A stretch of DNA of 64,000 bases from Vulcanimicrobiota bacterium (GCA_963805945.1 CAWDVP010000002.1:653027-717026), one strand, 5' to 3'; counted from the stretch's first letter, positions 19,392 to 29,196 are shown. Made by a program: numbers and translations. The notes: generated by a model not told the origin, from the sequence alone.

Positions 19392-21873
19392 ATGGCTGAG
19401 ACACCGATTCCGCCGTACGAACCGCAGGCGATCGAACCGAAATGGCAACGCGCGTGGGCGCAGCGCGGCCAGAACGAGATCCACGAAGATCCCACGCGGC
19501 CGAAATTCTACCTGCTCGAGATGCTGCCGTACCCGAGCGGCGATCTCCACGTCGGCCACGCGCGCAACTACACCCTCGGCGACGTCATCGGCCGCTATTG
19601 GCGCATGCGCGGCCGCAACGTGATGCACCCGATGGGCTGGGACGCCTTCGGCCTGCCCGCCGAAGGCGCCGCCATCCAGCGCGGCATCCACCCGGCCGAC
19701 TGGACCGAGACGAACATCGCGAACATGCGCCGCCAGCTGCAAGGGCTGGGCATCGCCTACGACTGGTCGCGCGAGATCGACACGTCATCGCCGGAATACT
19801 ACCGCTGGACGCAGTGGCTGTTCTTGTTCATGCACCGCAAGGGGCTCGCGTATAAGAAGGAAGCGCCGGTCAACTGGTGCCCGACCGACCAGACGATCCT
19901 CGCCAACGAGCAGGCCGAAGGCGGCGTCTGCTGGCGCTGCGGTTCGCGTGTCGAGCAGCGCATGGTCAACCAATGGTTCTTCAAGACGACGGCGTACGCC
20001 GATCGGCTGCTCGAGGGGCTCGATCGCCTCGAGCATTGGCCGGAGCGCGTCAAGACGATGCAGCGCAATTGGATAGGACGCAGCGAGGGCGTCACGTTCT
20101 CGTTCGAAGTCGGCAACGCGGCGCTTTCGACGTTCACCACGCGGCTCGACACGATCTTCGGCGTCACGTTCATCGCCGTCGCGCTCGACCATCCGCTCGT
20201 CGCGTCGTTCACCGCCGGTACGTCGAAAGAGGCTGCGCAGGTGCGACGAGTTCGTCGACGGACTGAAAAGCAAGAACGAGCTCGAGCGCACGATGATGGA
20301 GAAGCTCGGCGTCTTCTCCGGCGCGCACGCGCGCCATCCGCTCACCGGCGAGCGCATCCCCATCTGGGTCACCAACTACGTGCTCAGCAGCTACGGTTCT
20401 GGCGCGGTCATGGGCGTGCCGGCGCACGATCAGAGAGATTTCGAGTTCGCCCATAAATACCGCATCGACGTGAAGACGGTGGTGACGCCGCCCGGCCAGC
20501 CGGATTTCGTCGCGCGCGATGCCGCATATGTCGACGATGGCGTGCTCGTGCGCTCGCAAGATTTCGACGGCCTGGCAAGCGCGCAAGCGCGCAAAGCGAT
20601 CGCCGAACTGCTCATCGAGCGCGGCATCGGCGAGGAGACCGTCAACTACCGCTTGCGCGATTGGCTGATCTCCCGCCAGCGCTACTGGGGCGCGCCGCTT
20701 CCGTTCGTCAATTGCCCGACCCACGGGCTCGTGCCCGTGCCGGAGGACCAGTTGCCGGTGCTGCTGCCGTACGACGTGCCGATCACCGGCGTGCAAGGCA
20801 GTCCGCTCGCGCAAGTGCCGTCGTTCGTGAACACGACCTGTCCGATCTGCGGCGGTCCCGCCACGCGCGAGACCGACACCATGGACACGTTCATGTGCTC
20901 GTCATGGTATTTCTTGCGCTACCTGAGCCCGCACGACGACAAAGAGCCATGGAGCAAAGAGGCTGCGTCATACTGGGCGCCGGTCGACCACTACATCGGC
21001 GGTATCGAGCACGCGGTCATGCATCTCATGTACGCCCGCTTCTTCTACAAGGTGCTCCACGATGACGGCCTCGTGCCCGAGGACGAGCCCTTCAAGCGGC
21101 TCTTCAATCAGGGGTTCGTGCTGGGCGAGAACAACGAGAAGATGAGCAAGTCGCGCGGCAACGTCGTGGGCATCGACGAGACGGCCGATCGCTACGGCGT
21201 CGACGCGCTGCGCGTTTTCGAGATGTTCGCCGGACCGCCCGACGGGGATTACCCTTGGTCGACGACCGGCATCGCCGGCGCCACCCGCACGCTGCACCGC
21301 GTGTGGAAGCTCGTGCTCGCGCATGCGAACGCGCTGCAACGGCCGCCGCCCGCGGGGCAGGGGGACGGCGTCGCGGATGCCGGCTTACGCTTCAGCGTCC
21401 ATGCTAAGATCAAACAGGTGACCGATGAGATCGGCGACCGCATGCATCTCAATACGTGCGTCGCCGCGATCATGACCTTGCTCAACGACCTCGAGGCGTA
21501 CGCGGCCGCGCACGAGCACCCGTCGCAGTCGAGCGCTTTCGCCGAGGGTCTGCGCGCGCTACTGCTGTTGCTCGCGCCGTTCGCGCCGCACATCACCGAG
21601 GAGCTGTGGGAGCGCACAGGGCATAGCGGCAGCATCCATCTCGAAGCGTGGCCGCGCTATGAAGAGGCCGCGCTCGCGCGCAGCCTCATCCCGTTCGTGA
21701 TCCAGGTGAACGGCAAACACCGCGGCACGATCGAGGCGGCGCCCGGCTCGAGCGAGGACGCCGTCTTCGAACGCGCGACGAAGGTGACGACGGTGAGCGC
21801 TCAGCTCGACGGCAAGAAGGTCCGCAAGCGGATCTTCGTGCCGGACAAGCTGCTCAATATCGTCGTCGCGTAG
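19392..21873 (+). CDS. leuS: Leucine--tRNA ligase, one frameshift near 20245
   Basis: MLPYPSGDLHVGH, GWDAFGLPAE, RDWLISRQRYWG, KMSKS across two frames. Confidence 0.96.
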
Positions 21874-21879
21874 CGGACC

Positions 21880-22359
21880 TTACTTGGTGGCCTTCACCAT
21901 GTTCATGCTCTCCGGACCCATGCCCGTGATCTGGAGGATCACTTCGCCCTTCGATTGGGCGTAGTGGTGCAGGTTCGGGGGAATCGAGACGAACGAACCG
22001 GCGGGCAGTGCCGTCATCTTCGCCGCGTTCCACGTATCGCCGAGACCGACGAGGAATGTGCCGCTGAGTATGGTCACCTGCTCGGTGTTCGTGTGCCAAT
22101 GCGCCGGGAACTTGACGCCGTTATCAAGTTTGTAGCGCATGACGTACACGCCGGTCTTGGTCGGATCGCCGTACAACACGGCGGTTGATACGCCTTTCAT
22201 CTGGGGATACGGCGTCCACTTGACCGAACCGGCCGGCACCACCGTCGGCGTCATGGCCGCGTTCATCATCGCCGGCCCTGACGCCGCCGAGCGTGCGACC
22301 GACGTCAGGCCCACGAACACAAATGCCAGCGCGACGCAGAATAGAAAAGTCTTCTTCAT
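21880..22359 (-). CDS. Exported cupin-domain protein (DUF4437-like)
   Basis: Signal peptide; LYGDPTK, PAHWH...E, GSFVSIP..HHYA. Confidence 0.8.
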   Translation of the reverse strand: MKKTFLFCVALAFVFVGLTSVARSAASGPAMMNAAMTPTVVPAGSVKWTPYPQMKGVSTAVLYGDPTKTGVYVMRYKLDNGVKFPAHWHTNTEQVTILSGTFLVGLGDTWNAAKMTALPAGSFVSIPPNLHHYAQSKGEVILQITGMGPESMNMVKATK

Positions 22360-22459
22360 CTGAAGCAACCTCCGGAACGCCACGGACAGACCCGTGGCGC
22401 AGCATGAGAACATTTGGTGCTTGGACACGCAGGGCACCTCCCCCGCGCAGGACCGGGCT

Positions 22460-23405
22460 TTAGCGCTTGGGCGCGCGACCCTTGAAGAAGTCGACGGTCT
22501 TGGCGATGCCCGCCGTCATCCCCACGCTCGGCTGCCAGCCGAGGACTGTCCTAGCTTTCTCGATCGCGAAGACGCATGTGCGTATATCGCCCGCCCGCTT
22601 CGGCGCGTGCTCCACTTCGACGTCGCGACCGGCGGCGGCTGCGATCGTCGCGTGCAGAGCGTTCACCGACGTGCCGACGCCGCCGCCGATGTTGATCGCC
22701 TCGTCGTCGGCGGCGTCGAGCGCCAAGATGTTCGCGCGCGCGACGTCGGCGACGTAGACGTAGTCGCGCGTCTGCTCGCCATCCCAATCGATGCGGACGC
22801 CGTGCGCGACGAGAACTTCGCGGCGAAGATCGCGATGACGCCCGCTTCGCCGTTGGGATCCTGGCGCGGTCCGTAGACGTTGCCGTAGCGCAACGCCGTG
22901 AAATCCAGGCCCGATCGTTGCGTAATAGCGCAGGTAATGCTCGCCGACCATCTTCGTGATGCCGTACGGCGATTCGGGCAGCTGCGGAGTATCGCCTCGT
23001 CGATCGGCAGGCTACTCCGGCTTGCCGTAGGTCGCGACGCTGAGGCGAAGATGATCTTGCGCGCGCCGGTCGTGCGCACGGCGACTTCGAGCACGTTGAG
23101 CAGTGCCGCGAGACGTTGACGTCGCGAGTCGTAGCGCGGGTCGCGCACGGTCGAGATCGCGACGCTGAGTGCTGCGCGGCGTGATGGCTCACGATCTCCG
23201 GCTGGAAGCCGTCGAAGATCCGGCCAGCGCTTCGTCGCGGATGTCGCCTGTCGCGAAGCGGCGCCTGCGGACACGTTCTCGCGCCGGCCGCCGCCGTGCT
23301 CCCACAGGCTGTCGACGGCGAGCGACATCGTGCCCGGCGGCGACGATAGGCATCGACGACGTGCGAGCCGATGAAGCCGGCGCCGCCGGTGACGAGGATG
23401 CGCAC
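22460..23405 (-). CDS. NAD-dependent epimerase/dehydratase (GalE-like), multiple frameshifts
   Basis: MRILVTGGAGFIGSH, HHAAQ, LRYGNVYGPRQDP, DGEQTRDYVYVADVA in different frames. Confidence 0.85.
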
Positions 23406-23417
23406 GTCTACGCGCGC

Positions 23418-23486
23418 TTAGAGGGTCAGGTGACCGCTGACCAACAGCAGGATCAGGATCAAAACGACGATGATGAAGGTCGTCAC
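23418..23486 (-). CDS. 22-aa hydrophobic micropeptide 1: MTTFIIVVLILILLLVSGHLTL
   Basis: GTG start after AAGGAG RBS; homologous to peptides 2 and 3. Confidence 0.8.
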   Translation of the reverse strand: MTTFIIVVLILILLLVSGHLTL

Positions 23487-23525
23487 GGATACCACTCCTT
23501 CCGTTTTGGTGATCTCGTCACGAGA

Positions 23526-23594
23526 TCAGAGATGCAGATGGCCGGCGACCGCCAGCAAGATCAAGATGAGCAGCGCGATGATGGCCCAAGTCAC
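23526..23594 (-). CDS. 22-aa hydrophobic micropeptide 2: MTWAIIALLILILLAVAGHLHL
   Basis: GTG start after GAGGAGG RBS; tandem with peptide 1. Confidence 0.8.
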   Translation of the reverse strand: MTWAIIALLILILLAVAGHLHL

Positions 23595-23651
23595 GTCATG
23601 TCCCTCCTCGGACTAGACAGCGGACTGTCTGGACTTGCTTGTTCCCTCAAT

Positions 23652-23665
23652 CGAACATGTGTTCC
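23652..23665. promoter_or_regulatory. Candidate LexA (GAAC-N4-GTTC) SOS box
   Basis: CGAACATGTGTTCC between micropeptide pair and comEC. Confidence 0.5.
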
Positions 23666-23683
23666 TATCCGCCTTCTGAGGCT

Positions 23684-23712
23684 TGGAACGGTCGAATTCA
23701 TTCGACCGTCGG
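23684..23712. repeat. Palindromic element copy 2 (intergenic)
   Basis: tggaacggtcgaattcattcgaccgtcgg. Confidence 0.8.
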
Positions 23713-23754
23713 GGAGCTGGACACCGAGCGATGTGGGTGGGACAGTGAAGTGTC

Positions 23755-26190
23755 GTGCACATCGCGGACACCCTGGCGCGCGGCCATCTTCTCGCGATGG
23801 CTTTCGCCGCCTACGCGCTTGGCATCATCGCCGCCGCTCATCACGTGCCGTTGCTGGCGAACGCGAGCATTGCGCTCGCGCTCGGCGTCATTCTACCCGG
23901 CGCTTTCGCCCTTGAAACGCACCTGCGTCGCGCCGCGTTGCTGTGCGCGGCCTGCTTGGCCGGTGGAGCAGCGGCGGCGATCGCCGCCGAGCATCATAGT
24001 CAAGCGCTAGGGCTCGACGCGCTCGACGGCAAGCACGTCGTCTGCGAGGTGGTCGCGCTGGAGCGCCCGCGTCCATCGTCGTCTGGCCTGTCCGTCCGGG
24101 TCCGCATAGAGCAGGTCGCATCGACTGCCGGCCCGGCTGCCCGCTTGCGCGGCGTGGGCGCTGTGCTCGAGATGCCCGAGTCGAGCGAGGCACGCCGATT
24201 CGCCGGACAGCTGCTGCGGATCCGTGCGCGCATCGGCGTGCCGTCGGGGCCGCGCAACGAGGGCGAGCCGGCGGAACGCGACCAGCTCGCGGAGCAAGGC
24301 GTGACCCTCGTGCTCGTCGCGCAGCGTCCGCGCGACGTCGCGCCGCTCGGCGCAGCTGTAGGTTGGCAGGCGTGGTGGGCGCGGCTGCGTTCGCGCTTCG
24401 CCGCTGCGGTCGAGTCGCGTCTGCCGCCGCTAGAAGCGACCGTGCTCGAGGGCGTGCTGTGGGGCGATCGGGGCGAACTGCCCGCCGCGCTGCGCCAAGA
24501 GTTCTCGGACACCGGCGCCGTGCATGTGCTCACCACCGCGGGCCTGCACTTGGGCATCATGGCGGCGCTCGTCGCCGCGTTGCTGCTGCAGACGCCATTG
24601 CCGCGACCCGCTCGCTCCGCGCTCGTGATCGCGGCCGGTTGGGCGTACGCGATGCTCGCGGGCATGCATCTGCCGACGCTGCGCGCCGCCACGATGCTCA
24701 CCGCAGGTATGCTCGCGGTCGAAAGCGGGCGCGGCCGCACCGCGTCGGCGGTGCTAGCCGCCGCGGCGTTCTCCGTGACGCTCGTCCATCCGCTCGCGCT
24801 GCTGTCGCCATCGTTCTCGATGTCGTTCGCCTGTGTCGGCGGCATCGCGCTGCTCAGCCCGGCGCTGAGCGCGCTCGGTCTGCGCGGCGGCGAGTGGTTG
24901 CCGCACTGGATGGCGGAGCTGGTGCGAACCGGCCTGTGCGTCCAGCTCGCGCTGTGGCCGTTGCAGGCGCTGTACTTCAATGCGTTCACGCCGTATGCGG
25001 TGGCCGCCAATCTCGTCGTCGTGCCGATGGTCGGCTTCGTCATGGCGACGGGCACCGCGTATGCCGGCGCGGCGTTGTTCTTCGCGCCGCTCGCGCAGCC
25101 GCTCGGCAATCTCACCTGGTGGTGTCTCACCGCGCTCATCGCCGCGGTCGAACGGTTCGCTGAGCTGCCGTTCGCGCACGTCGACGTACCGCCGCCGAGC
25201 CACGCGTTCCTCGTCGCCTATTGGCTCGCGCTTGCGGCGTTCGCTCGCGCGGCGCACGCGGGCGTCGCATGGCGGCATATCGTGAAAGTCGGCATTCCCG
25301 CGGCGCTGGCTCTCGCACTCGTCTACTGCGCGCCGGGCATCGCCGCTGCGCTTGATCCGCGTTTGCACCTCGACGCCATCGACGTCGGACAAGCTGACTG
25401 CCTGCTCGTGCGCGCACCCGGCATGCACGCGATGCTGGTGGATGGCGGCGGCAAGCTAGAACGCGGCGGCGGCGCTGTGGTCGCGCAGCCCATCGGCGAT
25501 CGCATCGCGGCGCGCACCGTCATGCCGTTTCTGCTGCGGCATTGGGTGCTGCATCTCGATGCAGTCGTGCTGACGCATCCGCATGGCGACCACGCCGGCG
25601 GTCTGCCGGTCATCCTCGCACGGGAGCGGGTCGGTGCGCTCTATGACTCCGCGCAGCTCTACGGCGGCCCGGCATATCAACGCGCGCTGGAGATCATGCG
25701 CGAGAAAGGCATCCCTTGGTTAGCAGCGCGGCGCGGCACGCGCTTCGATCTCGGGCCGCAGACGCACGTCGTCGTCCTCGCACCCGAGCTGCCGCTCATC
25801 ACCGGCACGAGTTCGGATATCAACAACAATTCCGTCGTCCTGCGGGTGGAGTTCGGCCGCACTGCGCTGCTGCTCACCGGGGACGCCCAATCGGAAGCCG
25901 AGGTTCGGCTGCTCTCGCACGGTGGCGGCGATTTACGCGCCGACATCCTCAAGGTCGGCCATCACGGGAGCGCGTATTCATCGACGCCGGAATTCTTGGC
26001 CGCCGTCCGCCCGAAGATCGCGCTCATCTCGTGCGGCAGGCACAACGTGTTCGGCCACCCAAGCCCGGGGACACTGGACGCGCTCCGCGCCGAAGGCGCC
26101 GCGATATACCGCACGGATACGGATGGCGGCATTTCGATCGAGACCGATGGCGCGAGCATCGAAACGAAGACGGCCGCCGCACCGGAATAA
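23755..26190 (+). CDS. comEC: ComEC/Rec2 DNA uptake channel with metallo-beta-lactamase domain
   Basis: TGAVHVLTTAGLH, SFSMSF, DVGQAD, THPHGDH, KVGHHGS, FGHP. Confidence 0.93.
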   Translation: MHIADTLARGHLLAMAFAAYALGIIAAAHHVPLLANASIALALGVILPGAFALETHLRRAALLCAACLAGGAAAAIAAEHHSQALGLDALDGKHVVCEVVALERPRPSSSGLSVRVRIEQVASTAGPAARLRGVGAVLEMPESSEARRFAGQLLRIRARIGVPSGPRNEGEPAERDQLAEQGVTLVLVAQRPRDVAPLGAAVGWQAWWARLRSRFAAAVESRLPPLEATVLEGVLWGDRGELPAALRQEFSDTGAVHVLTTAGLHLGIMAALVAALLLQTPLPRPARSALVIAAGWAYAMLAGMHLPTLRAATMLTAGMLAVESGRGRTASAVLAAAAFSVTLVHPLALLSPSFSMSFACVGGIALLSPALSALGLRGGEWLPHWMAELVRTGLCVQLALWPLQALYFNAFTPYAVAANLVVVPMVGFVMATGTAYAGAALFFAPLAQPLGNLTWWCLTALIAAVERFAELPFAHVDVPPPSHAFLVAYWLALAAFARAAHAGVAWRHIVKVGIPAALALALVYCAPGIAAALDPRLHLDAIDVGQADCLLVRAPGMHAMLVDGGGKLERGGGAVVAQPIGDRIAARTVMPFLLRHWVLHLDAVVLTHPHGDHAGGLPVILARERVGALYDSAQLYGGPAYQRALEIMREKGIPWLAARRGTRFDLGPQTHVVVLAPELPLITGTSSDINNNSVVLRVEFGRTALLLTGDAQSEAEVRLLSHGGGDLRADILKVGHHGSAYSSTPEFLAAVRPKIALISCGRHNVFGHPSPGTLDALRAEGAAIYRTDTDGGISIETDGASIETKTAAAPE

Positions 26191-26212
26191 GAAGTCGAAG
26201 GAACTAGGAACA

Positions 26213-27362
26213 ATGCCTACACGCATAGTGGTGCTCGGCGCCGGCTTCGGAGGACTCGAGCTGACGACGATCCTTTCGGATGCGTTCGGCGACGGACTCG
26301 ATCTCGTGCTCATCGACAAGAGCGACGCGTTCGTCTTCGGCTTCTCGAAGCTCGACGTCATGTTCGGACGGATCGAGCTCGCGCAGGTGCGCCACCCATA
26401 TCGCGACGTCGTCAAACCAGGTGTGCGGTTCGTCCAGACGACGGTGCGCTCCATCGACCCAGCCGCGCGGCGCGTGAAGACCGACGCGGGGACGTTCGAC
26501 GCGGACGTCCTCGTCGTCGCGCTCGGCGCGGATTACGACATCGCGGCGACGCCCGGGCTCGCGCAAGGCAACGAGTTCTACTCGATCGCGGGCGCGAATC
26601 GCGCTGCGCGACGTTTTGCCGCGCTTCGAGCGCGGCACGGCGATCATCGGCGTGACCTCGACGCCGTACAAATGCCCGCCGGCGCCAAGCGAGGCGGCGT
26701 TTCTGCTGCACGACTACCTCACCACGCGCGGCCGGCGCGCCGCGGTCGATATCTCGGTGGTGATCCCGTTCGGCCGGCCCATTCCCCCGTCGCCTGACAC
26801 CTCGAAGGCGATTCTCGCCGGCTTCGCCGAGCGCAACATCCGCTGGGTCCCCGAGCGCGAGGTGAGCGCTCTCGACCCGAACCGAAAGGTCGCGATGTTG
26901 GACGACGGCACGGAGATGCCGTACGACTTGTTCCTCGGCGTGCCCGTGCATCGGGTGCCGAAGGTCGTCGAGGAATCCGGCCTGGCCGTCGACGGCTGGG
27001 TACCGGTGAATCCCAAGACGCTGGAGACGCGCTTTCCGGGAGTCTATGCCGTCGGCGACGTGGCGCTCGTGGGCACGCCGAAGGCCGGCGTGTTCTCGGA
27101 GGGCCAAGCGCGCGTGGTGGCGGCGGAGATCACCGCGCAACTCAAAGGCGGTCCGTCAGCACAGCCCTACTCGGGGATCGGCGCGTGCTACATCGAGTTC
27201 GGCGGCGATGTCGTCGGGCGAGTCGTGGTGGATTTCTTCAGCGGCCCTGAACCGACGGGTACGTTTGACGCGCCGTCCGCGGCGCTCGTCGCAGACAAGG
27301 CGGAGTTCGGCTCCAGCCGCATCGCGCGCTGGTTCTCACGACCGCACGACGCGCGCGGCTGA
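26213..27362 (+). CDS. FAD-dependent oxidoreductase, sulfide:quinone oxidoreductase-like; frameshift near 26600
   Basis: VVLGAGFGG, YKCPPAPSE, VYAVGDV, PKAGVF, GACYIEFG. Confidence 0.75.
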
Positions 27363-27386
27363 TCTGCTAGAAAGATCTGGAAGACT

Positions 27387-28139
27387 ATGCTGCAAGCAGG
27401 ATCACCCGCACGCGATGCGACGCGCATCGTACCGCTTATGGGTCTCGCAGGCGCGCTGCGAGCCGTGCCCAGCGCGAAGCTCACCTATCGCGGCGGCCCG
27501 CTCATCGCCAACGCCGAAGTGACCACCGTCTTCTGGGGCGGGTGGTGGCTCAAAGCGCCGCAGGCCGACATCGTCACGCGCCTCAACAAGTTCTTCGACG
27601 ACATCTTGGTGAGCGCGCTCATGGACCAACTCGCAGAATATAGCGTGCCGGGCACCGCGATCGGCCACGGCAAGCGCGTCGCGACCGCAACGGTCGATAC
27701 CGCGCCGCCGGCGACGGTCGATGACGCGGGCATCACCTCGTTCCTGCAAGGGCTGATCGCCGCGAAGAGCGTGCCGGCCGCCAACGCCAACTCGATCTAT
27801 TTCGTGTACTTGCCCTCCGGCGTCAGCGTGACGATGGGCGGCCAGGCGTCATGCAGCTCGTTCTGCGGCTATCACGACATCATCGGAGGGAAGATCGCGT
27901 ACGCGGTCGAGCCGTACCCCGATTGCACAGGCTGTATGGGCGGTCTTGCGGCGTTCGACGCCCTCACGGTCACCTCGTCGCACGAGTTGTGCGAGGCGGT
28001 GACCGATCCCGTCCCCGGTCACGGCTGGTACGATGATGTCAACGGCGAGATCGGCGACATTTGCGCCTGGCAGTTCAAGAAGGTCGCCGCCTACACCGTG
28101 CAGCTCGAATGGTCCAACAAGGCCGGCGCCTGCGTGTGA
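27387..28139 (+). CDS. Hypothetical protein, Phi-1/EXORDIUM-like
   Basis: LTYRGGPLI, VFWG, FCGYH, SHELCEAVTDP, GWYD...EIGDICAW. Confidence 0.6.
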   Translation: MLQAGSPARDATRIVPLMGLAGALRAVPSAKLTYRGGPLIANAEVTTVFWGGWWLKAPQADIVTRLNKFFDDILVSALMDQLAEYSVPGTAIGHGKRVATATVDTAPPATVDDAGITSFLQGLIAAKSVPAANANSIYFVYLPSGVSVTMGGQASCSSFCGYHDIIGGKIAYAVEPYPDCTGCMGGLAAFDALTVTSSHELCEAVTDPVPGHGWYDDVNGEIGDICAWQFKKVAAYTVQLEWSNKAGACV

Positions 28140-28166
28140 GCGGCCGGCCCTAGTCGGAGGATGCGG

Positions 28167-28919
28167 CTATCTCACCACGACGGTGAGGGACATGTTGTTA
28201 TGCCCGACGCCGCACTCGATCGCGCAGTGGATGACGTACGTCCCCACGGTCCTCGGCGTAAAGGTCACGCGCACGGGTTGACCCGGTCTGATCGTCGTGA
28301 GCGGGATGCCGAGCGCGTCCGATTGGATGCCGTGCACGCCTGAAGTTGAGGTCAATCGCAGCGTCTCTGGTGTGCCGACGGCGATGGTGATCGTGTTCGG
28401 CGTGAACTGCCAGTCGGATGCGACGATGTTGGTCAGATTGCTGACCGTCGGAGTCGCGGTCGGCGGAGGAACTGCCGATGCCGGCGCTCCGGCCGAGGCC
28501 ACGGTCACCGTCTGCGAGTTATCGTCATAGTTGACGCTCGCTCCGAGCGCTTCGGAGATGAACCGCAGCGGCACCAACGTGCGCGCGCCGACCAAGAACG
28601 GGGCGACGTCGAGCGTGGTCGGCTGACCGTTCACGGTCGCCGTCGTCGAGCCGATATGCAATTGGATGTTGCGGCCGTTGCCGGTGGCGTTGATCGCGCC
28701 GTTGTCGTAGACGACGCTCGCGCCCAGGCGCTCGAAGACGCCGCGCAGCGGCACGAAGACCCGCCCGCTTCGCTCGATCGGCGGCTGATCGAACGTCATC
28801 GCCTGGCCGTTGACGACGATGCGCACGTCGGCCAAGGCCGGTGCCGATGAGAATAAGCCGAGGATCAGACTGAGAAACAAGACTCCGGTGACGAGCGTGA
28901 GAAAACGAAGGATTCGCAT
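28167..28919 (-). CDS. Exported copper-amine-oxidase N-terminal (stalk) domain + CuA-type cupredoxin fusion
   Basis: GRVFVPLRGVFERLGA / RTLVPLRFISEALGA; C-term VHG...CAIECGVGHNNM. Confidence 0.82.
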   Translation of the reverse strand: MRILRFLTLVTGVLFLSLILGLFSSAPALADVRIVVNGQAMTFDQPPIERSGRVFVPLRGVFERLGASVVYDNGAINATGNGRNIQLHIGSTTATVNGQPTTLDVAPFLVGARTLVPLRFISEALGASVNYDDNSQTVTVASAGAPASAVPPPTATPTVSNLTNIVASDWQFTPNTITIAVGTPETLRLTSTSGVHGIQSDALGIPLTTIRPGQPVRVTFTPRTVGTYVIHCAIECGVGHNNMSLTVVVR

Positions 28920-29010
28920 ATGATGCCTCTTTCTGATAGAGGCATACCCAATTCTGAGGCGCGGCAACCAGGTCTAATCGTGCATTCGGCTCGCGGCGGG
29001 CGTGTTGCGA

Positions 29011-29041
29011 CACGGCCGACCTTTGGGTCGGCCGTGCCTAC
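29011..29041 (-). repeat. GTAG-type REP palindrome just 3' of micropeptide 3
   Basis: Minus strand gtaggcacggccgacccaaaggtcggccgtg. Confidence 0.65.
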
Positions 29042-29056
29042 GACCGGTCGAGGGGT

Positions 29057-29125
29057 TTAGAGCTTGAGGTGTCCGGTCACCGCGAGTAGGATCAAGACCA
29101 GTAAGACGACGACGAGAACGTCCAT
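29057..29125 (-). CDS. 22-aa hydrophobic micropeptide 3: MDVLVVVLLVLILLAVTGHLKL
   Basis: ATG start after AAGGAGGT RBS; homologous to peptides 1 and 2. Confidence 0.85.
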   Translation of the reverse strand: MDVLVVVLLVLILLAVTGHLKL

Positions 29126-29164
29126 GTGCGATCCACCTCCTTGATAGATAGGATCGCTATGCTT

Positions 29165-29190
29165 ATACCCGCTTTGCGCCGCGATTAAAC
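29165..29190 (-). promoter_or_regulatory. SigB/SigF-type promoter of micropeptide 3
   Basis: Minus strand GTTTAA-N14-GGGTAT, matching the B. subtilis SigB consensus. Confidence 0.65.
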
Positions 29191-29196
29191 CCCTGC

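Noticed and set aside
19392..21873. Split (alpha/beta) LeuRS or programmed frameshift
   Set aside because: A single extra base joins the frames, no slippery site is evident, and similar errors occur in many genes
22460..23405. GalE-like pseudogene
   Set aside because: Many indels but intact motifs; cannot be distinguished from a local low-quality read segment
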